Shown in pieces: positions 1 to 15,081 of a DNA stretch of 64,000 nt (position 1 is its first letter; each line of letters opens with the position of its first letter). The DNA comes from Mobula hypostoma (Eukaryota): assembly GCF_963921235.1 (NCBI RefSeq), contig NC_086108.1, positions 100,690,001-100,754,000 of the forward strand, given 5' to 3'. A program made the position numbers and the translations under genes. Under the pieces are notes generated by a model. The model was given only the letters and a program-made list of their open reading frames with translations, was not told the DNA's origin and searched no databases.

Positions 1-1390
1 AGCAACTGCACAATCTCTTGTGTTAATATTTGTGCAACTTATCACTTTTTAACCACAAAGTAGTCTTTTATCAAACTTTTCCCCAGATGATTCCAGTATC
101 ATTTCCACTACTAACATGAACAGCTTTAAAATATGTTGAAACTGCAATTCGAGCGAACTAAAACAGGTTCTGCAATAATAGACCTCTGTGGCAAAGAGCT
201 GTACTGAATGCCAGACTTTGTTCTATTCTGAACATCCAGCCAAACAGTTGTACAAGTATAAATAATTGAGGCACATGGACTAAAGGTCAGAGCTCAGTGA
301 CCAGTAGGAGGAGAAAAAGCGTTGGTCAAGAGTTTTCAATGCGAAGAGCAGTTGGCAAGTTGATAGGATCTGTTCCTTGAACTAGATCCATCCGTGTCTC
401 CCAAGCCCAGTTGTTGGTGGGTGTCAAACAGCTACTTCCCATCAAATCAGTGTTGAAGGAAGCTTTATTCCGCCGTAGAAACTTCATTTTGCAGGATCTG
501 ACCATAACTACTAAGTGAGCATTTATTGCCATCCATAACTGTCCTTGAATTGAGTACCTTGCTGGGGTATAAAGATGGCTGAAGGTTGGCTTTTACATGC
601 AAAGTAGTTTTACAGTCATCTTTAAAATCTAGCTTTTCCCTTTTTTTAAAACCCAAATCATTAACAGAATTTAATTTCACTGCTGGGTTTTGAATTCGGG
701 TCTCTGGATTGTTACTTCAGCCCTCTATGTTACTAATCTGGCAATTTAACTACTGTACAACCATAGTACTCAGAGATTAAGTGAACAAAGGGTAGGCAGT
801 AATATACTTGGACAAAGAGCTAGGAGTTTATATTCAGATAACTGGTGACTTGGGAGGTTGTGAAATTGTTTGAAAAACATAGTAGATCACCTTATAAATA
901 AAGCACAATGCAGAAGAGTAAAGGGCTTCAAAAAACTAACAACAATTGAAATATGGGTCCAATTCGGAATATCCCATTTTGAGAAGGTTCTACAAGAGAT
1001 TCATGGAAGGATTACAAGGATGAGGGGATTTGCTGTCTGGAAGCACTGTTGAAGCTAAGATTGTTCTCCTTGGAACTGAGGTGATCTGATGTACAATTAG
1101 AATTAGTAAACATAATGGTAGAGTTCATAGCAAAACTGTTCCCACTGACATTTGGGTCAAGAATAAGAGGATATTCAATGAGGATAATTTCTAAAAGAAC
1201 AAAAACATAAGGAGAAAAAAAATGAAATTTATGTTTGTGCGCATGTGCACAAACACACAGTAATTATAGTCAAGAATATATTGCCACAAGTAGAAAGAGC
1301 AGATTCAGAAGTTGGATAAAGGTCCAAAAAGTAAAGAACATGCAGCTATGAGGATAGAACAGAAGAATGAGAAACTAGTGTTACATACTC

Positions 1391-2078
1391 TGTAACGGGT
1401 TAAAGAACCAGCAGAAATGGAAAACACCTTGGAGTCTGGTACTGCTGTTAACTAATGCTCGTTTATTAGTAACTACACAATACAGTAATATAAATTCAGA
1501 CATATCAAACAGGTTAGCAATGATTATGTATACAAGTGTGGAAATATATAAAAATCAAGCTTCTTCAAGCCTGGGGGTAAACGGATACAGTCTTACGGTG
1601 ATGGATAAATGAAATCAGTTCAGTTCTTGGTACTGAGTTGAGTAGTGATGAAGAGAGAGAGCGGTGCCTAGTTCTTTAGGTGAGCTGATGCTGTCGATCT
1701 CGCTGTTGTCCTCCAAGACTTCCAAGTTAGCCAAACTCGACTACTTAAGAGATCCCTCTTCAAGTGATAGTCTACCAACCCAGACAAAGGTTAGACACAC
1801 GGGTAGACTCCACAGGGTTGCTCTTTCACGCACCAATCATCACAGATCGATCCCTCACGATCGATCCTCAGTCCCACACTCGTGGACACCTGAACAGGAT
1901 AGCGGTAACTTCACCACACCTTAGTGCATCTGCGTGTCCTGCGAAACAAGCAATTACGCTAGTTTAAACATTGTTGTGCTGAACACCAGCTGTCCATCAA
2001 GTAGCTCCTCCCTTCTCTCTCTGTAGGAACTCAGAAGGTGGCAGTGTCCTTGCAGAAATCCCAAACAGTGAGCAGTCT

Positions 2079-2112
<34 letters not shown>

Positions 2113-2204
2113 AACAAGTTGTTTGTGCTGTACAGCTGCATGCACTCTCTCTTTTTAAAAACACAGTGAATAAAACATAATGAATAACTCAGGGCATCGT
2201 CACA
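1391..2204 (-). mobile_element. Probable solo LTR (Gypsy-like)
   Basis: TGTAACG...CGTCACA inverted termini, about 800 bp, minus-strand AATAAA near 1462, internal (TC)n tracts. No clean TSD. Confidence 0.45.
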
Positions 2205-2759
2205 CTGGATTCCTCACATGTACTTCCAGTCCTTAATGCAGACAACACAGTAGCCACACAGCAAAGTATAGTAAGTTTTTAGAAAATGGTATAAAAAGTT
2301 TCCACTTCCAGGGAGCCAATATCACAGACAACCCCTGCAGCACCTCTCATTGAATATGATGGAAAACATTAAATTTTCTTGTTTTATCCTGTTACAGCAG
2401 AGAACCATAACTGCATCTATGATGCGTACAACTGAAGTTCTAATGCTACTGAATGATCTATCGTTGCTTAAAACCGATGGAAATACACCGGACTGCGGCC
2501 AGCACACCACCCCTTTAAGAAGTTGCTGGCAAAAGAGGGGTCGATGTACTGGTCTGTTGAAAAATAAACAAGGTTTTTGACTCCCAGTACCAACTATCTT
2601 GCTGGCAAACAAAATTGACAAGGAGACATGGGATCCAAGGGGACACTGGTTTGTGGATCCAGAACTGGCTTGCCCAGTCATCTGGGTTGAACTCCATCCA
2701 AGAAACAATTCCAGAAAAGGTTGGAGGCAACACTAGATGCACGTCAACTCTGCCAGGGA

Positions 2760-4266
2760 TTGCAGGCTGCTCCACGAGGTGAGGGAAGAGAGTGCTGAGC
2801 CTCTGGCTAGGATCTTTATGTCCTCGTTGTCCATGGGAATGGTACCGGAGGATTGGAGGGAGGTGAATGTTGTCCCCTTGTTCAAAAAAGGTAGTAGGGA
2901 TAGTCCGGGTAATTATAGACCAGTCAGCCTTATGTCTGTGGTGGGAAAGCTGTTGGAAAAGATTCTTAGAGATAGGATCTATGGGCATTTAGAGAATCGT
3001 GGTCTGATCAGAGACAGTCAGCATGGCTTTGTGAAGGGCAGATTGTGTCTAACAAGCCTGATAGAGTTCTTTGAGGAGATGACCAGGCATATAGATGAGG
3101 GTAGTGCAGTGGATGTAACCTACATGGATTTTAGTAAGGCATTTGACAAGGTTCCACACGGTAGGCTTATTCAGAAAGTCAGAAGGTATAGGATCCAGGG
3201 AAGTTTGGCCAGGTGGATTCAGAATTGGCTTGCCTGCAGAAGGCAGAGGGTGGTGGTGGAGGGAGTACATTTGGATTGGAGGATTGACTAGTGGTGTCCC
3301 ACAAGGATCAGTTCTGAGACTTCTACTTTTCCTGATTTTTATTAACGACTTGGATATGGGGGTAGAAGGGTGGGTTGGCAAGTTTGCAGATGACACAAAG
3401 GTTGGTGGTGATGTGGATAGTGTAGAGGATTGTCGAAGTTTGCAGAGAGATATTGATAGGATTCAGAAGTGGGCTGAGAAGTGGCAGATGGAGTTCAACC
3501 CAGAGAAGTGTGAGGTGGTACACTTTGGAAGGACAAACTCCAAGGCAGAGTACAAAGTAAATGGCAGGATACTTGGTAGTGTGGAGGAGCAGAGGGATCT
3601 GGGGGTACATGTCCACAGATCCCTGAAAGTTGCCTCACAGGTGGATAGGGTACTTAAGAAAGCTTATGGGGTGTTAGCTTTCATAAGTCGAAGGATAGAG
3701 TTTAAGAGTCGCGATGTAATGATGCAGCTCTATAAAACTCTGGTTAGGCCGCACTTGGAGTACTGTGTCCAGTTCTGGTCCCATCACTATAGGAAGGATG
3801 TGGAAGCACTGGAAAGGGTACAGAGGAGATTTACCAGGATGCTGCCTGGTTTAGAGAGGATGCATTATGATCAGAGATTAGGGGAGCTAGGGCTTTACTC
3901 TTTGGAGAGGAGGATGATGAGAGGAGACGACAGAGGTATTCAAGATATTAATAGATAGAGTGGACAGCCAGCACCTCTTCCCCAGGGCACCACTGCTCAA
4001 TACAAGAGGACATGGCTTTAAGCTAAGGGGTGGGAAGTTCAAGGGGATATTAGAGGAAGATTTTTTACTCAGAGAGTGGCTGGTGCATGGAATGCACTGC
4101 CTGAGTCAGTGGTGGAGGCAGATACACTAGTGGAATTTAAGAGATTACTGGACGGGTATATGGAGGAATTTAAGGTGGGGGGTTATATGGCAGTCAGGGT
4201 TTAAGGGTCGGCACAACATTGTGGGCTGAAGGGCCTGTACTGTGCAGTACTATTCTATGTTCTATT
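2760..4266 (+). mobile_element. 5'-truncated CR1 LINE (ORF2 RT and 3'UTR)
   Basis: Motifs PEDWREVNVVPLFKKG, NYRPVSL, DFSKAFDKVPH, GVPQGSVL, FADD, RPHLEYCVQFW; frameshift near 3285; TTCTATGT-type tail. Confidence 0.95.
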
Positions 4267-4825
4267 CCTTTCTACAAAGCAAAACCCAGAGCGAAAAAAA
4301 TAATACAAAGCAAAGCTGCACCCATTTCTTTGCAGTGAGAATTTTGGTATAGTAAGCTGATACTACAGTACAGCCTAATGTATAATTAAAAAGGCTTTAA
4401 AATTAGATACAAAACCACAATACAATATTTTCTGCCAAAAAATATACTTTAAATTCCATTATTGCACAACAGTTGTGATCTCAGAATATTATTATCGACA
4501 AGTTTTCAGTTTGGTGAACAGAAAATTAATCTCAGGTTAATATATCGTGATATACATGTCCTACGATAATACATTTACCTTGAACTTTGATAATTCTTAA
4601 AGGGAAACTGCACTCTCAATAAGGGTCTGCAGTTCAGAGTCTACTGATTTTGAGGAATAATAGATTTTTAAAATGTCTTAAAATAATATTAACTGTAGAT
4701 TTCAGCTACAGTAGTCTTAATGGAAATATATGATGATTTCCTTCAGAGCTACATGCCAAGAATTATCACTTTCCAGCCCACTACCCAGGACATGCCTGTT
4801 TCTCATTGCTACAATCAAAATGGTA

Positions 4826-5603
4826 CAGGTTTCCCCCACCATCCGAACGGTTTGTAAGCCGGAATGTTGTAAAGCGAAGAAGCAATTACCATTTACTTAT
4901 ATGGGAAAAATATGTGAGCGTTCACAGACCCAAAAACAACCTACCAAATCATGCCAAATAACATATAAAACCTAAAATAACAGTACATATAGTAAAAGCA
5001 AGAATAATATGATGAATACACAGCCTAAATAAAGTAGAAATACTTTTTCACAATAATTGCCTGCACTGTTCTCCGTAGCGAAAATCTCATGCAAGCGCTC
5101 TTGGCAGAAACACGGCGCAAGCGCTCTCCAGTAACCTTTAAGCTATGAAGCTGCCAAATCATACCATATGACACGTAAAAATACACAGCCGATATAAAGT
5201 AGAAATAATGTATGTACAGTGTAGTATCACTTACAGGAATCAGGAAGACAGCACCGAGCACACTGATGATGGTGAGTTAGGCTGAGTCGTCGGAGGTTGG
5301 GGTGGTGCAGTGGCCCCACCCTCCGGGCAGCGAACCGATACCGATCCGCAAAGAATACAGGGCTCCAGCGGTAGCCAGGACGCATTCAGCACATCTTTAA
5401 GAAAAAAGCCGAAATAAACAAGCTATCTGTCCGCGGCTCGGGGTGGTGGGACACTGGGGTGTCATCTCGTCGTTTTTTTCCGCGCGCAACCTTTTTTTGT
5501 AACAGTGAAAACCCGTTCTGTTAGCGAAAACAGGTAACTAATGTAGGTCTTTCGTAACAGTGAGGTTTCATAAAGCAAACATTCGAATAACGGGGGACAC
5601 CTG
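4826..5603. mobile_element. Non-autonomous Tc1/mariner (Tigger-like) element inserted in a Rex1/Babar 3' tail
   Basis: TA|CAGGTTTCCCCC ... GGGGGACACCTG|TA. The flanks rejoin into the same LINE tail seen at about 42535-42620. Confidence 0.7.
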
Positions 5604-5760
5604 TACAAGAACTGAAGAATCATACTCAATGTTTTAGGAACAGTTTCTTCCCCTCTACCTTCAGATTTCTGAATGGACACTGAACCCATGAATACCACCT
5701 CAATATTTTTGCTATCTTTTAACAATACTTATTTAATGTGATTTTTTTTATATATATATG

Positions 5761-6296
5761 CACTCAGTGGCCACTTTGTTAAATACAGGAGTAGAAACCG
5801 ATGTTGTCACCTGCTGCTATAGCCCATCCACTTCAATGTGAGATTCGACGTGTTGTGTTCAGAAAGGTTCTTCTGCACACCATTGTTGAAATGCTTGGGT
5901 ACTTGAGTTACTATCGCCTTCTTATCAGCTTGAACCAGTCGAGCCATTCACCTCTGACCTCTCAAGGCATTTTCACTCACAGAATCGTCACTCACTAGCT
6001 GTTTCTTCGTTCACTGTAAAATCTAGAGAATGTTGTACATGAAAATCCCAGGAGATGAACACGGCAGGTAAAATGGCCAGCACCTAAGGTTACATTCAAC
6101 CACCCTGTGTGGTACCAACTATTACTCCATGATCAAAGTCACTTAGATCAAATTTCTTCCCATTTGGTATTTGGTCTGAACAATGTCTGAACCTCTTGAC
6201 CAAGTCTGCATGTTTTTAGGCATTTGAGTTGCTGCCACATGATTGGGTGATTAGATATTTGCATAAACAGGTGTACCTAATAAAGTGGTCACAGAG
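5761..6296. mobile_element. Tc1/mariner-type non-autonomous element
   Basis: TIRs CACTCAGTGGCCACTTT ... AAAGTGGTCACAGAGT in TA-rich flanks; a related copy lies at about 42955-43558. Confidence 0.6.
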
Positions 6297-7674
6297 TATA
6301 TATTTCATATTCTATAAATTATAAGAAATATGTATTGCACTATACTAGTGCCACAAAACAACACATTTCATGACACGTCAGTGGTAATAAACCTGGTAAC
6401 TCTAGTAGCTTTAAGAACTGTAGTAAATAAGATTCCTGGTCTTGGAAGTAGGGATATTGACTAAATTGTAGATTTTACAAAGTCATCAATGCAGTAACAG
6501 CAATTACAGTTTTCCCTTAAAAAATATGCATGTAGCATATTGAGTCATAATACGCTATTTTAAGCACAATGCCATTAACATGATTAACTTGCAGATTGAA
6601 TATTTTTAAAAATACAGACTGGACACCAGCTTAACAATTTTTTCCTAAGATTTTCATGGATTGCTAGGAACCATTATGCATTAAAACTTCTGAACTGCTG
6701 CTTGAAGCAGTCCTGCCAAATGAAGTAAAATGACACCATGACCACAGGAAATACATTCAGTACAATGAATACTTCCAGCTATGAATGCAAAAAAAAAGGG
6801 ACAATAAAATGACAAAACATAGCAAAGCCCTGCTTGCACTTTGTTTTTTGAAATCTTGGAGAACATCCAACCAGCAGTCTTTTAGGATTGTGCTTTCATC
6901 AACTCCTAAATGTAGTTCAAGTTCTTTCCAAATAGTAATAATTAGTAACTCAAGAACTTGTGGATAGTTATTCAGAGTTACTAAGAGATAGTTACTTTAG
7001 CATTAAAAGTATTATGCTATTTCTAAAAATTTAACAATGTCTACTGAAGTCGAGTAGTAATAACCAAAATATCTGTTAATATTTGAATAGGCTCATTTCC
7101 TTTCTATCTCCTAATTTTATGTGAAGAGCACCTCTTGCACAAAGCAATGAACTGAAAAAGAACGGAGAAAAAGTCAGTATCAATTCTTTTTGTTCTGTAC
7201 TACAATCAACAAGTTTAGAAGCAGTAATTCCTGCAATAATTCTCAAAAACATTTGTCTTCAATTGCCTACTGAAGTACTCAAACAAGTGCCATGAAGTCT
7301 ACCAGATCATCGTTAGATTCAATGAACATTGGAATCGGGATATTCAAAAGTGTGCTACATAGCAGTAATGCAATCAGAGTTCTCTGAAGAGGTCAAACTC
7401 AAAGTGCACAACAATTGAAGAATGCGAGGAGAATGCAGACTGGGTTTCAGGTTTATAATTTAATGTGGTAGCTTTTACACTAAAGCAAACCTGTAACTTT
7501 GAACTGCAGGAATTTAAAATATGTAAAAATTGCATAAGTAGTCAATACTAATTAATGGTCTTTAGAAAGACAGATTGCAAACAAGAGTCAAAAAAAATGT
7601 CTTAACTTTTTGCTGCAGGCAAGCCCCATGTTACTGGGGATAGCGGTGGGATTGTGTTTCATCTGTTTGTACAC

Positions 7675-9035
7675 GAAAGCCTTCGACACTGTCTGCCGAC
7701 AAGGCCTGTGGTGGATCATGTCAAAGTTTGGCTGCCCTGCTAAATTCATTCAGATGGTACGCCAGTTCCATGATGGCATGATGGCATGATGGCCAGAGTG
7801 CTGGACGGCGGAGAATCCTCTGAGGCGTTCCCAGTCACCAATGGCATCAAACAGGGCTGTGTGCTCGCACCCACACTGTTCAGCATGATGTTTACTGCCA
7901 TGTTGAATGATGCCTTCCAGGACAGTGATGCTGGAATCAGCCTCAAGTACAGAGTGGATGAGAAGCTCTTCAACCTGAGGAGGCTTCAAGCTATTACCAA
8001 AGTGAAGGAGACTGTTTTGAGAGACTTCCTCTTTGCCGATGACTGCGTCCTGTAAGCTGGCTTGGAGCCAGAGATGCAAGTCAATATGGACAAATTCTCC
8101 ACTGCTTGTGACAACTTTGGACTCACCATCAACATGAAAAAGTCCGAAGTCATGCACCAGCCTGCCCCTCATGCACCATACACAGAACCCAAAATCACAA
8201 TCAAAGGACAGAAACTACATCCAGTGGACCAGTTTACTTACCTTGGCAGCACCCTCTCCCGAGCAGTGACTATTGATACAGAAGTTAACTGCAGAATAGC
8301 AAAGGCAAGTTCTGCTATCGGTAGACTGCGCTCCACTGTATGGGAATGTCGAGGAATCAGTCTAGCATCAAAACTGGAGGTCTACAGAGCCGTGATACTC
8401 ACTATCCTCCTGTATGCCTGTGAAACGTGGACTGTGTATCGAAGGCATGAAAGACAGCTCAACCATTTCCACATGACTTGTCTTTGCAGAATATTAGGCA
8501 TCAGATGGCAAGATAAAGTACCAGACACTGAAGTTCTCTCTAGAGCAAGTCTACCATCAGTCCACACACTGCTGATGAGAGAACAGACCCGGTGGGCAGG
8601 TCACGTCATCTGCATGCTAGATGAGCGCACACCCGAGCATCTCCTTTTTGGGGAGCTCTCTTCTGGAAGATGCTCAAATGGAAGGCAGAAGAAACGTTAC
8701 AAAGACACGCTAAAGGCCTCCCTGAAGTCATTTGACATAGACACGACCTCTTGGGAAACACTGGCACAAAACCGCCCTACCTGGCGCAGCCTCATCCACA
8801 AGGGCTGTCAAGCTTACGAGGCAAGGCGCACTGCTGAAGCACAACATAAGCGTGAGCTGCACAAGTCCAGAGCCACCAGCGCAACAACTGCAGTGCCTAC
8901 ACATATCTGCCCAACATGTGCCAGGACATTCTGTGCCTGACTTGGCCTGACCAGTCATCTTCGGACACACCGCATCCAGTCTCAAAGTGACTGATGGTGT
9001 CCAGGTCTTCAGCAACGACAATGGACGAACCATAT
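7675..9035 (+). mobile_element. 5'-truncated RTE-clade LINE
   Basis: GIKQGCVLAPTLF, LFADD, FTYLGS, LLYACETW, RWAGHV, LFGEL and a C-terminal CPTC zinc-finger remnant; in-frame stop at 8053. Confidence 0.93.
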
Positions 9036-10111
9036 GAAGAACAGATTAAGAGAAAAATTGTCTTTACTTCTCCACATGAATTTTGTGAGTGATTTTTTTT
9101 AGGAAGTGATTTATGAATTTTAAAAGAGCAAATTCCTGTCATTTACATGGCCATAAGACAAGAATTGCCTGTATTTGCATATTATGTCTGTGAACTTTAC
9201 AATAGCCATGAACTCTGATTTAATCAGAATACTTCAATGGAATAGCAAGCTAGAATGCAAATCAACTATCCTACTTCAAAGTAATTAAACTTGTCCATTA
9301 ATATATAAATTTCCTAATTTAGCATACATTCACCACGTCAAATATGTTGTACATGTTGGACTGTGAAGTTTTAATTTTTTTTCATCTCAAAGGCGAAATA
9401 TCCAAAAGTTAGGGAATATATTCATTAAGAATGGCTATGAAACTCATGATGAAATTAATAATAATAAAAACCAAATGCAATTAAAAATAAAAATAATCAT
9501 ATTGATTTTAAGCTGCCTAAAATAGGATTGTAAAGTATTAATTTACAACTCCATAATGAAATAACATAGCTTAATAGCTTCACTAAATGTCCTATCTGAA
9601 TGTCTGTAAAAATGAAATTTAAAGTTGTATATGGCACACATAATTTGATAATAAATTTTCTTCAAACTTGAACTTAGTAAGGTATTTTAACTGTATTTTG
9701 CTTAAAACTGCAATGCTGCTTGCTAACAATAAATCAATAAATCTAAGCATGCATGTTGCATATAATTTCCCTGGATGTAACATGATTTAGTATAACATAC
9801 ACCAGATGAAAAATCTGGTTTGTTTTTTTGCTTAAAGCAAAAGTTAAAATAAAAGGCCGACACATAAGACTGCACATGCTGGAACTTGAAGCAACAATCT
9901 TTGAGAGCAATTCTGCAGTTGAGCAACATCCGGAGCAGAGTGGGGCAAGGAATTGTCAGTAAGTCACAGTCTGCATCAGAGCTGAATGGAGATGGAACCC
10001 CTAATATTTTCCATTATTACCTTCCTTATTTATCAGATTCTAACACGAGTAGTCTTTGCCTCATCCTACAAGTGCTTATCTCCAAATCAGAATGATCATC
10101 ATCACTGTTTT

Positions 10112-10726
10112 ACATGATGTACGGCTCCGAGTCGTGTGTCACCTACCGTCACCACCTACGACTCCTTGAGTGTTTCCACCAGCGCTGTCTCCGCACCATC
10201 CTCAACATCCACTGGAGTGACTTTGTCACCGACATCGAAGTCCTCGAACAGGCGGAGATCACCAGCATTGAAGCCATGTTGGTGAAGACGCAGCTGCACT
10301 GGGCAGGGCATGTCTCCAGGATGGAGGATCATCGCCTGCCCAAGATTGTGCTGTATGGCGGACTCTCCACTGGCCACCGTGACAGAGGGACACCGAAGAA
10401 GAGGTACAAGGACTCTCTGAAGAAATCCCTTGGTGCCTGTCACATTGACTGTCGCCAGTGGCCTAATCTAGCCTCCGATCGCGAGGCCTGGTGACACACC
10501 ATTCACCAGTCTGTCTTCTCCTTCGAGAACACGCAGGGCTGGCATTGAGGACAAAAGGAGGAGAAAGAACTGTGACACAGCAGCACCAAACCCAGAACAG
10601 AATTTCCCTTGCAGTCGCTGTGGCCGGGCTTGCCTGTCCCATATTGGCCTCATCAGCCACCAGCGAGCCTGCAGCAGACGTGGGCAGCCCCCTTCCTGAA
10701 TCTTCGTTTGCGAAGCCAAACCATAA
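10112..10726 (+). mobile_element. RTE LINE 3' fragment nested in a Rex1/Babar tail
   Basis: YGSESCVTYRHHLRLLECFHQRCLR and WAGHVSRMEDHRLPKIVLYG; flanked by ACATGATGT / ACGTGATGT. Confidence 0.85.
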
Positions 10727-11385
10727 ACGTGATGTGAAATATGTTGCTTTGTGGCAGCAGTAGAGTGCAAAAATATAAAATTATAAAATACAAAATAAGT
10801 AAATACTGAAAAATAAAAAGGAACAGTGAGGTAACCTTTGAGAGCTGTTCAAGCATTTGATAAGCTATTCCTGAATTGTTAAGTGTAGGTCTTCAAGCTG
10901 CTGTACCTCTTCTTGACAACAGTTGTGTCATAGATGGTGGATGCTATCTTCTTCAAACACTGCCTCTTGAAGATGTCCTCGAGAGAGAGGAGGGTTGTGC
11001 CCGTGATGGAGCTGACTACATCCTCTGTAGCCTCATGATCCTGTGCACTGAAGCCTCCTTATCATTGTGAGGCAACCAGTTAGAATGCTCCCCACTGTAC
11101 ATCAATAGAAATTTGCAAGAGTCTTTGGCGACATACAAAATCTCTCTAATCTCCTAACCAAGTGCCTTCTTTGTGGCTGCATCAATGCATTAGGCCCAGG
11201 ACAGATTCTCGGAGATGTTGACACCCAGGGCCCTAAAGCTACTCACCATAAGACCACAATCTGTGTGGACTGGTAATAGCATCTCCTCCTCACTGACAAT
11301 CAATACTGGCACATTTCAGGGCTGTGTGCTTAGCCCACTGCTCTACTCTCTCTATACCCGTGACTGTGTAGCAATCTATAAATTG
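10727..11385. mobile_element. Rex1/Babar LINE fragments (3' part minus to about 11240, RT fragment plus after it)
   Basis: Plus fragment ISSSLTINTGTFQGCVLSPLLYSLYTRDC; the minus part resembles 36350-37135. Confidence 0.7.
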
Positions 11386-12090
11386 TGTGTTTCCAGTATC
11401 TTGAGATGTCTGCTCAGCCCAAGCCTCATAGTCTTCTTACCAATTGGTGTGGACTTGACTCCAGAGAAGTCTCTCAGCCTACAATAACTTCAGCTCTCCA
11501 CAGGTATACTTCTGCATTTATCAATCAGTGAAGTAATAGCCAAGATCGGCTCAGTTTTGTCAACCAATAAAGGACCTATTAGACCTTTCACATTACACAA
11601 CTCTTTTCCCTCACATCGCAGAAATGGGAACGGTTTGTCTTTAAAGTCTTCACCCTCTGCTACATGCCCCTCCCCTTCTCTAAAAAAAATGGACTACCCA
11701 TGGCCCTGCCTCTCCAACATCTCCCAACCAATCAGGCAGCGTGACTTCAGTCATGTAGCAGCTAGTCTGGACTAACACAACATCCTTACCAGCCAACTAG
11801 TCAAAACGCCATACAATCAGCGCAACTTTCCCCCAAAACTGTTACATAACTTAGCACTCTGAATAACAGTTCATTGGGAATTCAGACATCCAGTCCACTC
11901 GAAACACAAGCATTTGTGGATAATCTCTGAATCACACCAAATCTTAATCCCTGTGGCATCCATAATAAAACACATCAATCACTTCCCCAACACTAGTTTA
12001 AACACAGGCTTAAACATACAAACCATTTATTCAATTCTTAACAGCAATTACACAACATTCGGCAAGTCCCTGGATGATAACCCCCACTAC

Positions 12091-12855
12091 TGTAACATAA
12101 GTAACCCCCTCACTGGGCTCGTGTGCAAATTTTGCTCATTAGCTGGCTCTGCTAACAGCCACGGGACTCAGCGGTGAGAAGGCCAGCTTTCGTAAGTATA
12201 CATCTAGGGTTGCTAATTATTTGGGGTTCAACCAAACAAGAACGTTGTGACATTCTGATTAAAGAAACCTTGATTTGAGTGAATGTAAATACTACCTATA
12301 CACAATTGTCAGTTGGCAGGAAAAAACAGACTGTATGCCACATAAAATTATGTTTACAAATTTCAGCTTTATCGAACAGTTAGTAGGAAAAAGAAAAGAA
12401 CAAAACTAAAAGGGCCTAATACAGTTAAACCAGTCACATGCTGGACCTATGGTCTGCGTGAAAGCACACATCACATTCCCAACTTTGCTCAAAATACATC
12501 TCGAACAAATGAGCTCCCTCTCAGGAGTATTGGCCCTTCTTCCTTAGAACCATTCATCTACACAAAGCATTTCGTACAATGGGGACATCCCATCCCATGG
12601 CATTCTCAGCCATCTTCCCTCCTGTCCTCTCTGCAGCTCCCACCAAAAAGACCATGAACCCCACCAGCGTCCCTTACAAATCTCTCTGATTCCAACATCT
12701 GATTGGCTGACACAACATTCCCAAATTGAGCAGCAGGGCTTCTAACCTTTAGGCTAAAGCAAAGCACTTTACCAGCAGGATGCACTGCTTTTGCAGAAGC
12801 TGCCAAAATGAAATAGCTACAGCATAACAGTAGAAATCTTAACCATGGCATTACA
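12091..12855. mobile_element. Possible solo LTR
   Basis: TGTAA...TTACA termini about 765 bp apart; no TSD and no coding remnant. Confidence 0.3.
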
Positions 12856-14265
12856 CTGTTTTTAAATGTTAATCCAGCAGCCTACAGACTTCAACAAATT
12901 TAACATTTAATTGTTTAAGATGGTCAAAATGGATTTGATCTAAAGACCACTGAACTGCTGGTAGCATTACAGAATTTGCAAATTAGCAGTTAGAGACAAG
13001 CCCTCTGTTACTGGGAGGTGAAACTGCATTCCCAGAAAACCTATCTCTATCGAAGCCACACCACCTGCAAATGCATCAAGAAGCAGCTGAAAATAAAATG
13101 AAAGTTAACACGAGAGCACGTTTTATTCCACAAATCAGATTTTTTGGGGTAGAAATCGTAATTTCCTTAATGGTGTTTTCCCATTACTGAAACAGCCATA
13201 ATATAAAGGTCAGCTGCATATTGAATGTTTCAATTCAAGCTCCGTGAATTTCCCATCCTTTAATGCACATTAGAAAACTGTCTTCACATAAGGATATTCT
13301 TTTCATCTGTACTCTGTTTAATCACTCTCGTTTATTTTTCCATTAAAATATTGTACAACATAAAATTAAAATTCACGGCACATCTTACTCTTAAACTTTA
13401 AAAGGAGAGATGCTCACATTGATAATGCATTCAAAAAAGCAAAAATGATTTGTTTATTTATTTGTTTGTTTGTTTTACAAACAATTCCTGCAGGTACAGG
13501 TGATTCCCAGGTAACAAATGGGTTCTGTTTTCAGATGTCCTTAAGTTAGAACATACACGAAAATAGCTCATTATGATAACAAAACTACATTATTATAATG
13601 ACTGGCATCAAAAGACCATTACTCAATTGGAAAGAGGAAGAAAATTAGTTTGGTGTTTTAGGGACAAACATGTTTGTACTTCGGACTTTAAAATATTATA
13701 GGAGTTTGTATGTCATGGTGTCCGTGGGCATTCTTAACCAGAGGACAGCCAATACTATTTTTTAATTGCAGCCTCCAAAGCCATATTGGGAAGGAAGCAG
13801 CCAACACATACAGAAATCTTCAAACACAAATGCAACACCAATATTTTTGCAATGCCCATTCAGGGATAAATATCAGAGCATAACAATCAATTCCCCGCTT
13901 GTCCTATAAAGGCAATTATGAAAAGCACCAAAATATTTTAAAATGCAACCTTACTACTATTCAGCCTTAGGGAAGTGGTAGATACACAAAGGCTCCTGGA
14001 AACAGGCTTTAAAAAAAATGTTGTACTGAATTGAGGTTACACACTTACCCTCTTGCTCAAGAAAAATCCTTCTTTCCAGAATTAGCTTACATTGCAGCAT
14101 TATTGAATCACTGAAACAGAATTCTGCAGCCTTTTGCTACGGAGAGGCATGATGAAATAAGGAAGCAATTTAAAAAACATGTGGTCACACTTCTTTAGGT
14201 GTTTAATACCTACTTGATGAATTCTCTAAAGCAATATTAACAGATTGCATTTTTCTAAGTTAATA

Positions 14266-15081
14266 CGGTGGATTCTGGTTAACTGGGATACATCGGTACC
14301 AGTATATTTTGGCCCAATTAAGCAGCAGTCCCAATTAGCCAGTTTCATGGAAGTAGTTAAAAAAAGACAAGTAATCATTTTACTAAATATGATTTACGTA
14401 TTTAAATGAAATATACAACAAATTAGAATACTACCAATACCTCTACAGTACTATAAAACTGTATTAGTTCCTAATAGTTAGAGGGAAAATTCATCCAGTA
14501 TGTGCTGCTATGTTCTTTTGATTGACTGTCAATGAACAAAACCAACACAGGCACCTAGTACAGATAATGATGTGCCTTTGTGCAATGCTTTTGATGACTG
14601 CATCCATCAAACATTCATTTTATTGTAACAATCAAGATGATGGTCGATAGTATCAAATTCTTTGTAGTTCCTAACTTGAAGTAGTGAAATTGTTTCATTT
14701 TCAGTCCTGGTCATTTCTGACATCTTCAAGCTTGAAACACAGTGTGCAAAACAATTCCAAGTTGTCTTACTGATTTTTTCTTCTCACCTACTATCAGTAA
14801 CAAAAAGTTGCCGCTTTTTGAACACAAACACATGCAAGTAACACTATTCAAAAACTGTTTGCTCGAAGCATGGTGCAGTAACTGATGGCCCCACGTGCAC
14901 ACGACTGACACCAGTTAGAAACTGTTTGACAACAGTCTCGTCCCAATTAAGTGGCACAATGTCCTAAATAAAGGAAGGCAATCTCAGCTATTTTCTCACA
15001 ATTAGTTTTTGATCTTTAAGAATTATTCCAAGTAAGTAGAGGTCACGATTAACCGACGGCCAAATTTACTGGAACCCACTG
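14266..15081. mobile_element. Tigger/pogo-like non-autonomous DNA transposon
   Basis: TA|CGGTGGATTCTGGTTAA ... TTACTGGAACCCACTG; same family as 43582-47632 in opposite orientation. Confidence 0.7.

Noticed and set aside
10085..11395. Possible twin-priming inversion of Rex1/Babar
   Set aside because: Opposite-orientation fragments abut at about 11240, but I could not find a convincing enclosing TSD.
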